Source of the DNA: Candidatus Moraniibacteriota bacterium
GTDB lineage: Bacteria; Patescibacteriota; Minisyncoccia; Moranbacterales; GCA-2747515
Length of the DNA stretch: 64,000 bases
Reading direction: 5' to 3'
Assembly: GCA_046116545.1 (NCBI GenBank)
Contig: CP175956.1
Location: 833,734-897,733, forward strand
Positions 36,027-45,807 of the stretch are shown here, one piece after another (within the stretch, counting starts at the first letter, position 1; every line of letters begins with the position of its first letter). Below the pieces are notes generated by a model. It did not search any database. It was not told the DNA's origin and saw nothing but the letters and a program-made list of their open reading frames with translations. Both the position numbers and the translations under genes were made by a program.

Positions 36027-37121
36027 TTACAACACATTACCAAAATTACATTGGGGTGCTGTGACAAACTGAGATTGTTTAAATGCATCTCCGACAATAT
36101 TAATTGCCGGATCATTAACTGTTAAAAACATGTTGCCCTGACTTGAACTATTAGAATATGCAAGTGCCGTAGCTTCACTGAAACAACCAAATAATCGTTC
36201 CTGTGAAAGATTGAGCTGTTTCAAAGCCACACTGGCAATGACAGATCCTGAGTATGCCAAATTGACATTCATCATATTACCTGCATCTTGCCTCGTTACA
36301 AGAATCCCCTCCCTCTTACAATTTTCATATTCTGCACGAGAAAAATTAAATGGCTTACACACATCAATCACATGCACACCTCCATGGTACATAATATCTT
36401 TGATAATCGATTGAGATAATCTAACTCGATGATGATGACTACATGCAACAACAAGTTTTACATCCCTAGCCTCTGCAAATGGATTGTGACCTCTTTGACT
36501 AATCGGAATAATGTTTGTATATCCATTTTCCAACAACTTCTTCCTAATCACAGAACCCAGAAAGCCATTTGGACCAATCACAACAATACCATCATCCTTA
36601 CTTATATCGTTCTTATCTAAAGCAGATCTAACATCTTGCCATAAAGCTATTACTGTACCATTGTCACCAATTGTAAAAATTACACCAGGATGACATGTTG
36701 TGAACTCAGCCAATTCCTGTTTTGAAAATAGGCGTTTGGTCGATGCTCCAAAAAGCACAACTCGCACACCTTTTCTAACAGAATATTTAATCGCTTGTCG
36801 CGCCTGCTTTCGGGCAACTTTCATTCCATCAGTTATCTCACCAGTAACAGGATTTCTATTCATATCCTTGGCTACATTATTAATTGCAATATAGCGACCT
36901 CTTACGTCACCTAATTGTAATTTTAATGCTGGCACAAATGCCTTATCACACCATAATGATGATATACCCATAAAACCTTGTTCAACACTATTGTTGAAAT
37001 TGGTAATATACGCAACATCAAATGAATGATTGGTATTAGACTGCAGGACCTCTTTAATATATACAAAACCACGATATATATCTGAAAGGATCATGAAAGA
37101 AAATTTTAAGAAAATTTTCAT
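36027..37121 (-). CDS. NAD(P)-binding oxidoreductase resembling acyl-ACP reductase (AAR) family
   Basis: Rossmann motif IVVIGPNGFLGSVIRKKL. The pattern TIGDNGTVIA...VVIGPNGFLG...FGCFSEATALAY parallels cyanobacterial AAR (TTGNTHTAY...VVGATGDIGS...FACFAEAMLLEF). Confidence 0.4.
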   Translation of the reverse strand: MKIFLKFSFMILSDIYRGFVYIKEVLQSNTNHSFDVAYITNFNNSVEQGFMGISSLWCDKAFVPALKLQLGDVRGRYIAINNVAKDMNRNPVTGEITDGMKVARKQARQAIKYSVRKGVRVVLFGASTKRLFSKQELAEFTTCHPGVIFTIGDNGTVIALWQDVRSALDKNDISKDDGIVVIGPNGFLGSVIRKKLLENGYTNIIPISQRGHNPFAEARDVKLVVACSHHHRVRLSQSIIKDIMYHGGVHVIDVCKPFNFSRAEYENCKREGILVTRQDAGNMMNVNLAYSGSVIASVALKQLNLSQERLFGCFSEATALAYSNSSSQGNMFLTVNDPAINIVGDAFKQSQFVTAPQCNFGNVL

Positions 37122-37139
37122 TATTTACCTCCTTTTAAA

Positions 37140-37895
37140 TTAGTGTTTTATTTGCTGTACATGATTTGTAAAAACCCATTCAACACCTCTAGTCACTTCT
37201 CTTTGCAAACAATTGCGCGAAGAAATGAATCCTGTGCCGATAGACTGATCAGCTGCACGATGTTTTTGATGAACCTTCTCATTCAACAAAAAATAGTGCC
37301 CTGTTATACCTCCATATCCTTTTGCCAAAGCTAATTCACTCAGCTCAACAACATTCTTTTCTGCAACAGGCAAAAAAGATGCTGACGGCAATTTATCAAT
37401 ACATTCAAATACTCTGGGATGTAGTGATAAAATATGAAATTCTTTACACGATTCAAGTGGCGCCAAATATTCCTGTACACTATGCAAAAAATGCTCATAC
37501 TGATATTCGTATTTTAACTCGATCATCAAATGCATCTTTTTACCATAAAGAGTAACTACCTCAGAAAGTGCTGGAATAAGTGGGACCTCTTTTCTTAATT
37601 CGGCCATTGTCACGTGACTGATCATAATGTCTGCACCAAATATTCTCTGGCAATTTACATCGTGTATTACTACAGGACACAAATCTTTTGTCCATCGAAT
37701 ATCCAACTCTATTCCCCACGCCCCACACTGCATTGCCATTTCAAAAGCTTGCATTGTGTTTTCAAAAACCGAGACATTATCATGAATGCCTCGGTGTGAT
37801 ACGATCTTTGGCACAATATTCTGTACCAAAGATCGTGGACGCAGAGCAAAGTATGTATCAACAAGATTGCAAAGCAATCCATCCACATAACTCAT
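37140..37895 (-). CDS. Glycerophosphodiester phosphodiesterase (GDPD family)
   Basis: IVSHRGIHDNVSVFENTMQAFEMAMQCGAWGIELDIRWTKDLCPVVIHD is the GDPD HR..ENT..AF...G...E.D...T.D...V.HD pattern. The start is taken at the internal MSYVD that abuts the upstream gene stop. Confidence 0.75.
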   Translation of the reverse strand: MSYVDGLLCNLVDTYFALRPRSLVQNIVPKIVSHRGIHDNVSVFENTMQAFEMAMQCGAWGIELDIRWTKDLCPVVIHDVNCQRIFGADIMISHVTMAELRKEVPLIPALSEVVTLYGKKMHLMIELKYEYQYEHFLHSVQEYLAPLESCKEFHILSLHPRVFECIDKLPSASFLPVAEKNVVELSELALAKGYGGITGHYFLLNEKVHQKHRAADQSIGTGFISSRNCLQREVTRGVEWVFTNHVQQIKH

Positions 37896-38635
37896 TTCTC
37901 GCCTCCATTTAGGGTTTTTGCCAATCCTGCAATTTCTTCCATTACAAGATTGGCGCAATCGCTCATGTCTTGTAATTCACAATCTTCATGAATTACTAAA
38001 TTATCAAGAGGCTCTCCAAAGGAAACACTTACTCGACGTTTTTTCAAATTCTCCCATGAAAACATTTTAAATGTCCCATGAAGATACATCGGAATAATCG
38101 GAGCACCTGTTTCTTTTTGCATACATACAACGCCACGCTTCCCCTTTTGCAAGGTCCCGTTTGGACTCATCTTACCTTCCGGAAAGATGAAAACTCGACC
38201 ACCTTGGTTCAAGACTTTTATCGCTGGCGCTAACACGTCTTCGATAAATACTTTGCCAATTTGATCTTTTCGGCGACACTTGATTGGAATGCAAGCACTA
38301 AGCTTTAGCCATACCGACACAAAAATTGATATTGGGAATGGGAATGGCCCAGAAAACTGAATCCATCTAAAGTAATCAGCATAAGCCAAGTACCTAATTG
38401 GTAAAAAATTACCAATCTTAAATCCATTCCACGGCATCGCAATTGCAACAGCTGTAATAACACCATCAAATGGACCATAATGATTACTAGCAAAAATTAT
38501 TGCCTGTCGTGGCGAAATGCCACGCAAACTCTCCTGCCCTCTAACCTCAAATCTAAAAATGACTTTCAAAATAAGGTACAGAGGGAAAAAAACACAAATT
38601 TGAAATAACCTTGCAACTTTTTCTCGTGTGCTCAC
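37892..38635 (-). CDS. 1-acyl-sn-glycerol-3-phosphate / lysophospholipid acyltransferase (PlsC family)
   Basis: HX4D motif FASNHYGPFDGV, and motif III VFIFPEGKMSPNGTLQKGKRG. Confidence 0.8.
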   Translation of the reverse strand: MSTREKVARLFQICVFFPLYLILKVIFRFEVRGQESLRGISPRQAIIFASNHYGPFDGVITAVAIAMPWNGFKIGNFLPIRYLAYADYFRWIQFSGPFPFPISIFVSVWLKLSACIPIKCRRKDQIGKVFIEDVLAPAIKVLNQGGRVFIFPEGKMSPNGTLQKGKRGVVCMQKETGAPIIPMYLHGTFKMFSWENLKKRRVSVSFGEPLDNLVIHEDCELQDMSDCANLVMEEIAGLAKTLNGGEK

Positions 38636-38802
38636 AATGCACCTCCTTGATATTATTTAAAACCTTTAACTTTTATATTATTCTGTAAATGTACTTTAAT
38701 CAAATACTAACATATTTTTATAGTTTTGTAAAGGGATTGTGGACAAAATGATAAAAACATGTAATAATGTAATAAACTACTTAATTTTAATGTAAAAATA
38801 CT

Positions 38803-39546
38803 ATGGACAAAACACTTAAAAAGGACGACTCAATACTACTCATGGAACTAAAAAAACTTGGTTTAACTGAGAAAGAATCTATTTTGTACTTACTTCTTTT
38901 AGATAAAAATGAAGCAACAGCCAGTCAAATAGCATTAATGTCACATATCAGTAGACCAACAGTCTATAGGATACTTGAAGAATTAGAAAGAAAAAACCTT
39001 ATAAACAAAGTAAAAAAAGATAAAAAAACACTTTTTATTGCCACCTCACCAAATACACTTCTTGGACTCTTAAAAATCAAAAAAAAAGAAGCTGAGGAAC
39101 AAGAGCGCGAATTTATGCGTATTATTTCCATGTTGCAAACAACATTTGCCCTCAAAAATAGTGGAAATATCACAAAATTAGATGCCCCAAATAAATTAGA
39201 TATTTTTTTAGATGACCTATTAAATACACCAACAGATAATATTCTTGCATTTTGCAGTAAATCAGAAAATCCCACACAAAAGATTCTTCATGACACTTTT
39301 GTTAAAATACATGAAAGATTCCCAATGCTTACAGTGCACGAAATACGTCATAAATCAACATCAAAACCTACCAGAAGTATGAGCTTTATCAAAACAAAAA
39401 CACTACAATCAACACAAGAAAATTTTTCCATAATAGCTGCAGATAAAGTATTCATCATCACTAAAGACTCTATATTCATCCTTAATCATAAAGAAACAGT
39501 TTTAATAATTAAGTCACTACTAAAAATTTTATGGAACAATCTATAA
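38803..39546 (+). CDS. TrmB-family transcriptional regulator
   Basis: N-terminal wHTH LGLTEKESILYLLLLDKNEATASQIALMSHISRPTVYRILEELERKNLI, typical of TrmB. Confidence 0.65.
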   Translation: MDKTLKKDDSILLMELKKLGLTEKESILYLLLLDKNEATASQIALMSHISRPTVYRILEELERKNLINKVKKDKKTLFIATSPNTLLGLLKIKKKEAEEQEREFMRIISMLQTTFALKNSGNITKLDAPNKLDIFLDDLLNTPTDNILAFCSKSENPTQKILHDTFVKIHERFPMLTVHEIRHKSTSKPTRSMSFIKTKTLQSTQENFSIIAADKVFIITKDSIFILNHKETVLIIKSLLKILWNNL

Positions 39547-39662
39547 TCTTTTACAAGTATCAAAATATCAAGCTTATCTATAGTCAATATTCTTGATTAA
39601 CTTTTTAATATTTGAAGTTTATATGTTATAATATTAATCGTAATAAAATAAAAAGAAAAATT

Positions 39663-40490
39663 ATGAAGAAAATTCTCATGATAGTAGCAGTTTTTTCAAT
39701 GTTATTATCTCCATTTACAACATTAGCATCTCCATCTGGCACGAATACTGACGATATTTATGTAACAGTTAAAGCAAAACAAGGTGGTGAATGGATAACT
39801 GCCTTCAAAGGCAAAACTGACGAAGATAGTGCATTGCGACTTAAGGGTGTGTTGCCAGGAAAGTATAAATTTGAAATAGATGAAGATGATGAAAAAGCTG
39901 GTCAAACACTTGGACTTGAATTAAAAATGAAAGATGAAGATGGAAAAAATATAAAAGAAAAGACTGATGTTGATGCATACATTTATATAGGAGATTCAAA
40001 AGTATTTATAAATAGATTTAGAACAAAAGATAATGGCTACTTAAATCTAGAAGGAATAACTCCTGGAATGACCTATGAATTAAAAGTAAAAGGAGATGGA
40101 AAAGTAAAAAAAGATGAAGGTCTCGCTAGAATGAAGACTAAGACAAAAATAGATGATAGTGATTGGTTTAGTTCTACATATGACTTACTTGATCCAGATC
40201 CAACAGGACTTACAAATGGAATTTTAGAAGTAGAAAATGTATTACCCGGTAAATATAAGTTCAAAGTAAAATCAGGAGATCCTTATGATGCAAGAAAGCC
40301 TTTCATGTTAAAAGCCAGACTGCGTAAAGATAATGGCAAAAAAATCAAAGAACCCACAAAAGTGAGCATCTATGCATATCCTAATAAAATCAAAACAAAA
40401 GTTGGAGAAGTTATGACTGACGCTAAAGGTTGGATACTACTTCCAGAAGTACAACCACATGTTAAATACAGACTTAAAGTAAAGGATTAG
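39663..40490 (+). CDS. Secreted protein with two CarboxypepD_reg/Cna-B-like beta-sandwich repeats
   Basis: Signal peptide MKKILMIVAVFSMLLSPFTTLA. Internal duplication: GVLPGKYKFEIDED... and NVLPGKYKFKVKSGD... A tataat lies at about 39628, inside the longer track ORF that starts at 39612. Confidence 0.5.
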   Translation: MKKILMIVAVFSMLLSPFTTLASPSGTNTDDIYVTVKAKQGGEWITAFKGKTDEDSALRLKGVLPGKYKFEIDEDDEKAGQTLGLELKMKDEDGKNIKEKTDVDAYIYIGDSKVFINRFRTKDNGYLNLEGITPGMTYELKVKGDGKVKKDEGLARMKTKTKIDDSDWFSSTYDLLDPDPTGLTNGILEVENVLPGKYKFKVKSGDPYDARKPFMLKARLRKDNGKKIKEPTKVSIYAYPNKIKTKVGEVMTDAKGWILLPEVQPHVKYRLKVKD

Positions 40491-40508
40491 ATAAAAAATT
40501 TAATTGTA

Positions 40509-40541
40509 GTGACAGAACAATGTTCTGTCACTTTTTTATTT
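40509..40541 (+). terminator. Intrinsic terminator after the 39663-40490 gene
   Basis: gtgacagaac-aatg-ttctgtcac followed by ttttttattt. It shares the TGTAGTG lead-in with the hairpins after LCP and topA. Confidence 0.65.
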
Positions 40542-40621
40542 ATCCTGATATTTAACATATCTTTCATGCAAAATTAAAAGCGGAGGAAAGATTTATCTTT
40601 CACTCCGCTTTTTACTTACAT

Positions 40622-42001
40622 TTAAAACTCCTTTTTAAATATAAGCATTACCCTTGAATCATCCTTGTGAGCACCAAAGATGTCTTCGATACCACTTGAA
40701 TTTGACTCACCATCAATATACTCTCCTCGTACTGTCAAAACAGTATTTTGAAAAAATGCATTCGTAGCCAAACTTGGCAATACAGCATCCAATACAGCCT
40801 CAGCATCTAGACGAAAATAGAAATCATCATCATTTAGACTTTTTGCCATACTTGGTCTGAATGTCACTCCATCACTAGGCGAATATTCTGCCATTGCAAC
40901 AAAATGATTATCAAGTGACCTACGAATATCAAGTTCAGATATTGAAATATCTGAATCATTTGTTGTAAAGCTATTTACATAACCCATCTCAACAAATAAA
41001 CTTGATCCATTTTCAAATTGCCAAATTCTGTCAACTTCTACAATACAAGTTGCAAAGTCATCAGATGACTCTTGAAAGTGTGCATTACAACCAAGTCTTG
41101 TCACCCACTCACCTAGTGTGAGCTCAGCACTTGCTGAAACTGAGGTTTCTTTGACAAAAACTGGAGCAAGTTCAACACCTTTACTTACCACGTGATCAAT
41201 TCCGCTGCCAGATCCATGAAAAATAGCTACTTCAAAAATTGTACCATTATCACGTTCTTGCCACATGCGACATAAATAGTTAACATCACTGCCAACTTCA
41301 ACATCACCATATGACATCCCTGGCTGTAAATCATGAGTCCAATGATCATTTGAACTAGTTGCTATCACTGGATTATTTCTCCCAGCAATAGCACACTCAC
41401 CAAACAAATTTGCGTCTCCAGACAATTTCATGGAGACATTAGCAACAATTACCCCATTCTGAGTATAATCATCCATTGTTGAAAATGGTTCCGATTGATC
41501 ACGACGTGCCAAAGCATTAAATTCTGCAAAATCAAAATTAACTGTATTTTGCATAATCTTTTTACCCAACACAATATTAAGTTCATCCATATTCATATCA
41601 GGAGTAAACTCAACATACATTTCCCGCATGCTCATGATAGTTTTTTTACCATCATGATTATCTAGTGTTGCCCCCTGATAAATATTAGCCGTATCACCCT
41701 GAATACGAACTGAAGCAATAATTGCAACATCTTCCGTTATTTGTGAATCAATACCTATATCAACTCTAACATCTGCAATTATATCATCTTTACCTTTTTC
41801 ATGATGATAAGCAGAAACTCGCGTTTCAATTTCTCCATATACTTCAATTTCCTGTGTAAAAAATACAGGCTCATCAGCATACAAAGCTTCTATTTCTTGC
41901 TTTTTTCTTTTTGAAGCAGCTGCAGAACCACGACTAACCTGAAGTGGCGCACAACTACTCAAAAGAAATGAAAGTAACACAACTAATGAAATATACTTCA
42001 T
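40622..42001 (-). CDS. Hypothetical lipoprotein (459 aa) in MMPL neighbourhood
   Basis: Lipobox LLSSCAP after a signal peptide. C-terminal ...VMLIFKKEF ends in an aromatic residue. No catalytic motif. Confidence 0.45.
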   Translation of the reverse strand: MKYISLVVLLSFLLSSCAPLQVSRGSAAASKRKKQEIEALYADEPVFFTQEIEVYGEIETRVSAYHHEKGKDDIIADVRVDIGIDSQITEDVAIIASVRIQGDTANIYQGATLDNHDGKKTIMSMREMYVEFTPDMNMDELNIVLGKKIMQNTVNFDFAEFNALARRDQSEPFSTMDDYTQNGVIVANVSMKLSGDANLFGECAIAGRNNPVIATSSNDHWTHDLQPGMSYGDVEVGSDVNYLCRMWQERDNGTIFEVAIFHGSGSGIDHVVSKGVELAPVFVKETSVSASAELTLGEWVTRLGCNAHFQESSDDFATCIVEVDRIWQFENGSSLFVEMGYVNSFTTNDSDISISELDIRRSLDNHFVAMAEYSPSDGVTFRPSMAKSLNDDDFYFRLDAEAVLDAVLPSLATNAFFQNTVLTVRGEYIDGESNSSGIEDIFGAHKDDSRVMLIFKKEF

Positions 42002-42009
42002 ATTTCCTC

Positions 42010-42828
42010 CTATCTACCACATGGCAGAGAGCTTTTATTATATGACTTTGGCCAATCATTGAAATTCAGATCTTCATTATCCTGAACTAAATGAGTTCCT
42101 TTTTCTTTAATATCCCAAACAAAAATTTCTGTAGGATACCATTTGCCATCAACATAATCTACTAAAACATTTTCAATTATATAGGAATCAAAATAAATTC
42201 CTTTTATACTAAAATGCTCTTTGTCAATTGCCGCAGTATATCCTGGCAATTTTCCTGTACTTACAGCTTTCACTACGAATACATCAGAAAAACCAAATGT
42301 ATTATCCTCTGTAAACTCATATTTAAATGAATCAGAAGATAATTCAATGCCAGTTTGCATAACCGTCATAGCCCAAGAGCTATTAATGCTACTATCCACT
42401 GTACTGTGTCCTGCTAATGATGTTGTGATACGACGAGCACCCTTACGAGCTAATCGTCCTCTGCAAAAGTATCGAGACGAATCACTCAGATTATCAGGAT
42501 TTAACTTTACAACTAAACCCTTGTTTTTCACCTGCTTCGGAGCAAAGAAATGCAACCAAATGCCATCTTTACCAGAATCATCAAAATACAATGATTGGGC
42601 AAATTGTTTTTCGGCACCTTTCAATGAGTAACATTGTTCGATATCCAAAAAATTATCACATCCATCCCTATATTCATAATCCTGAACACGCCAAAGCGTA
42701 TTTTCTTGTCCAACAATTCGTCGCCCTTGCCAAGTTTTTTCAATAACCTGACGAGCTGTTAATTCCGCAAAGGAATTGATTGGTACAAAAAAACAAATTA
42801 CTAAAACTGCATAAATAATTTTTCTCAT
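42010..42828 (-). CDS. Secreted LolA-like / lipoprotein-sorting-like protein (hypothetical) adjacent to MMPL transporter
   Basis: Signal peptide MRKIIYAVLVICFFVPINSFA. The size, secretion signal and position next to an MMPL/RND gene fit the LolA-like proteins commonly paired with MMPL exporters. This is weak inference. Confidence 0.35.
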   Translation of the reverse strand: MRKIIYAVLVICFFVPINSFAELTARQVIEKTWQGRRIVGQENTLWRVQDYEYRDGCDNFLDIEQCYSLKGAEKQFAQSLYFDDSGKDGIWLHFFAPKQVKNKGLVVKLNPDNLSDSSRYFCRGRLARKGARRITTSLAGHSTVDSSINSSWAMTVMQTGIELSSDSFKYEFTEDNTFGFSDVFVVKAVSTGKLPGYTAAIDKEHFSIKGIYFDSYIIENVLVDYVDGKWYPTEIFVWDIKEKGTHLVQDNEDLNFNDWPKSYNKSSLPCGR

Positions 42829-42882
42829 TTTAATCTCCCTTTTCTTGAATGTAATGGGTGAACATTGTTCACCCATTACAAT

Positions 42883-45339
42883 TTATTTTGACGAACAACA
42901 CCACCGTAAAAACGGTAATGACAGTAAAGTACCCAGATAACAACCTACTAATGCCACTAGAAGCATTAAACCAAGATTAATAATCGGCTTAAATGCCACT
43001 AAAAATGGCATGGCAAGCGGTAAATACGTCAACGCATTAACAAGTACATCAGCACCAGCACGCGTCACCTCGTCTACCATATCATCTGAAACAAGATTCT
43101 TCTCAAAATCCCATCCATATTGTGCAATAACCTGTCTAAATCTCAAAATCAGAAATACAGGCAAATCTGCAGCAGCTGACACAGTAATATTACCAATTGC
43201 AGCCGTAGCAATATCCAAATAAATACCAAACATCATCATAACAATGAGTGTTAAAGTAGTGGACACAACAAACGGAACAATGACAATAGCACCAGCTACA
43301 AGCGGATTGAATCCGCTCACAATGCTAACTCTTCCAATTATCAAAAACAAAATTACACTTAACACACCAATGAGTACAGGAGAACCAACATAGTTCCCTA
43401 TAGCACCCACAGTTATCAAGTCATCTGTTTCTGGATATTGAGCAGTTTTATCAACACCTACGACACCAATATCGCTACCCAAGTCAGCAAGAGCATCCCT
43501 AACATAACGCATGTCACTAGCTTTCGAAGCCAAACCCGTCACATTTATGATGACTGAATTGTCCTCAAGTACAAAGAAATATTTTGACACATTTTCTTGT
43601 GCGACAAGGCCCCACTCTTCTGCAAGCAATTCTTCTACTGAAATTTCAAACTCAGTAGATATCTTGCTAAGAACATCTTCTCTCATACAATCACTTGGTG
43701 AATTACAAAAATCATAAAAATCTCTGTGTAATACATCACCCAGAAAATCAGTTGGAGAAATTATGCCTCGAGCAAAACTATTATTGCGAACATCGCTAAC
43801 AAACTTACTAAGATTTTCAACATCAGTAGCATTGCATAAATCCAAATCTTCTACAAAGATTTTATACAATCCACTACCCGGTTGACCTTCATTTTCAAGT
43901 GAATCCATTACTACACCCGCAGATGTAGCTCGCACAAATGCACCAGGATCACTATCAGTCACAAGCAACTTCATGTTATACAAACCGACTGTAAGCATAA
44001 TTAGAGCCATGACTACCATTGCATTAATGAGCCAACTATATTTTTTGACAGAAAATTTGACAATAGACTGTACAAAAAAAGAAGTCTCCAATTGTGCAGA
44101 TTCTTTGCCAAGTCCGCCCACAAAACAATGTATCACAGGTAAAATTACCCTAGTAACCGGAATAGTAAAAACTACAATAGACACTGTTGCCAAAATAGCA
44201 ACCGTTAACATCGAACGAGCCCCTTCTATGTGTGGCAGTAACATAAATATCAAAAATTCAATACATGTTACTATCACAACAAAATATACGGAACTTTTTA
44301 ATGTATATTCCCTCAAAACAATATTCCAAAAAAATTGTCTATTTGCAAAAATTCTACTAGAAATTCCCTGACTCACAAAACTATACGCCAATGTATTATA
44401 TTCCTTAAAATGCCTCATAAAAAATGAGTAATTCAGCATCATAACTGGAATATAAGCTAATATTGTATATGTTTCCTCATGAAAGGAAAAATTTGTTACC
44501 AAGTCAATTACACCTATAAGTCCACGCATCATCCAAAGGATAGATACATTACAAATAAGTGAAATGAACATTTGTCGGAATGAGCCCAAAATAATCCATA
44601 TGGTAATCGCTGGTAATAATGAACCAACAATGAGTACACTAAAAATGAAAGAGAAACTTTCCTTATTTATAAGTGTACGCCACACGGACCACCCAAATAC
44701 ATCAACTTGAATATTCTCTCCAAAATCAACCTTAGTCAATTTTGTTGACAAACCAAGCCATTTTCTCAAATCATCAAAATACATATCAATCATAACAAAG
44801 TCATGATTATACATAATACTATGAGAAATTTGATACAATTTAAATTCATTCACATCTTGATTTACCGGCATGACCGATATAAAAAAAGAATATTCACCAT
44901 TGTAACTATTCACAAATACATTATTCATGTAATCATGTGATGCTACACTTTCAAACCATTCTTTTCCACTACTGTTTTTGATACTATTTTCTGATAGAAA
45001 ATAATCAACAGGATCAGAGGAATAATCTGTAATTGTTGCAACTGATGCTACATTTACTACTATGTCATTTGCTTCAAAAACAGTCTTAACTCTTTTTGAA
45101 AAATCAATAATAAACTGTCTAGATTTATCAGATAAATTCTTAACAGTTATACGAAATAAAACATCATTAGATAAAATCACATCAGCATTCTTTGCATTTG
45201 ATTGTGCTATAACAAATCTACTTTCATTATTAAGCACAGGCTCCATCAACACACTATCTAAGCGTGTTAACCACAAATTACTATAACTTGCCAAGGCAAG
45301 TACAATAATATAAATACACAAAAATATGTATTTTTTCAT
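42883..45339 (-). CDS. MMPL/RND-superfamily transporter (two 6-TM bundles, each preceded by a large extracytoplasmic domain)
   Basis: 818 aa. N-terminal TM, ~200-aa soluble domain, TM cluster (~aa 230-430), second soluble domain, second TM cluster (~aa 640-810). This is typical MmpL/HpnN topology. Confidence 0.7.
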   Translation of the reverse strand: MKKYIFLCIYIIVLALASYSNLWLTRLDSVLMEPVLNNESRFVIAQSNAKNADVILSNDVLFRITVKNLSDKSRQFIIDFSKRVKTVFEANDIVVNVASVATITDYSSDPVDYFLSENSIKNSSGKEWFESVASHDYMNNVFVNSYNGEYSFFISVMPVNQDVNEFKLYQISHSIMYNHDFVMIDMYFDDLRKWLGLSTKLTKVDFGENIQVDVFGWSVWRTLINKESFSFIFSVLIVGSLLPAITIWIILGSFRQMFISLICNVSILWMMRGLIGVIDLVTNFSFHEETYTILAYIPVMMLNYSFFMRHFKEYNTLAYSFVSQGISSRIFANRQFFWNIVLREYTLKSSVYFVVIVTCIEFLIFMLLPHIEGARSMLTVAILATVSIVVFTIPVTRVILPVIHCFVGGLGKESAQLETSFFVQSIVKFSVKKYSWLINAMVVMALIMLTVGLYNMKLLVTDSDPGAFVRATSAGVVMDSLENEGQPGSGLYKIFVEDLDLCNATDVENLSKFVSDVRNNSFARGIISPTDFLGDVLHRDFYDFCNSPSDCMREDVLSKISTEFEISVEELLAEEWGLVAQENVSKYFFVLEDNSVIINVTGLASKASDMRYVRDALADLGSDIGVVGVDKTAQYPETDDLITVGAIGNYVGSPVLIGVLSVILFLIIGRVSIVSGFNPLVAGAIVIVPFVVSTTLTLIVMMMFGIYLDIATAAIGNITVSAAADLPVFLILRFRQVIAQYGWDFEKNLVSDDMVDEVTRAGADVLVNALTYLPLAMPFLVAFKPIINLGLMLLVALVGCYLGTLLSLPFLRWCCSSK

Positions 45340-45445
45340 TAAACGTACCTCTTAAATTTTATTGTTAAACTACTAAATTTGCCCACAAAATGGACTATTC
45401 ATGATAACAAAAAAACAACCTTTTGTCAAGGCTGTTTTTGCTATT

Positions 45446-45516
45446 TGCACGGGATGAGGGAATCGAACCCCCGACTCAGGTTTTGGAGACCCACGTTATA
45501 CCACTTAACCAATCCC
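45446..45516 (-). tRNA. tRNA-Trp (anticodon CCA), CCA tail not encoded
   Basis: Minus strand reads GCGGGAT..TGGGT-CTCCAAA-ACCTG..GGGGG-TTCGATT-CCCTC-ATCCCGT. Anticodon loop C-U-CCA-A-A. 71 nt. Confidence 0.8.
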
Positions 45517-45568
45517 GCTTTATCTCTCGTATTATCTTACATCTTTTTACTATTTTATTCAAGTCTTG

Positions 45569-45642
45569 AGCCAATGAGCAGAATCGAACTGCTGACCTTA
45601 TCCTTACCATGGATACGCTGCTACCAACTGAGCTACATTGGC
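45569..45642 (-). tRNA. tRNA-Thr (anticodon GGU), CCA not encoded, discriminator U
   Basis: Minus strand reads GCCAATG-TAGCTCAGTTGGTAGCAGC-GTATCC-ATGGTAA-GGATA-AGGTC-AGCAG-TTCGATT-CTGCT-CATTGGC-T. Confidence 0.8.
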
Positions 45643-45693
45643 AAAAAAGAAAACCGAAGATTCTAAACTTCGGCATTTCCCTTACATAATCTG

Positions 45694-45776
45694 TGGGCCG
45701 AGAGGGATTTGAACCCCCGTAGACCGAAGTCGCCTGATTTACAGTCAGGTGCATTTGACCACTCTGCCACCGACCC
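45694..45776 (-). tRNA. tRNA-Tyr (anticodon GUA) with long variable arm
   Basis: Minus strand reads GGGTCGG..CCTGA-CTGTAAA-TCAGG-CGACTTCGGTCTAC-GGGGG-TTCAAAT-CCCTC-TCGGCCC-A. 83 nt, bacterial type-II Tyr architecture. Confidence 0.85.
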
Positions 45777-45807
45777 GATGACTAATATTCTATTATCTGA
45801 ATCACTG

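Noticed and set aside
45379-45754. Track ORFs 45379-45666 (+) and 45476-45754 (-)
   Set aside because: They lie entirely over the tRNA-Trp/Thr/Tyr genes; their translations are artefacts of the tRNA sequence.
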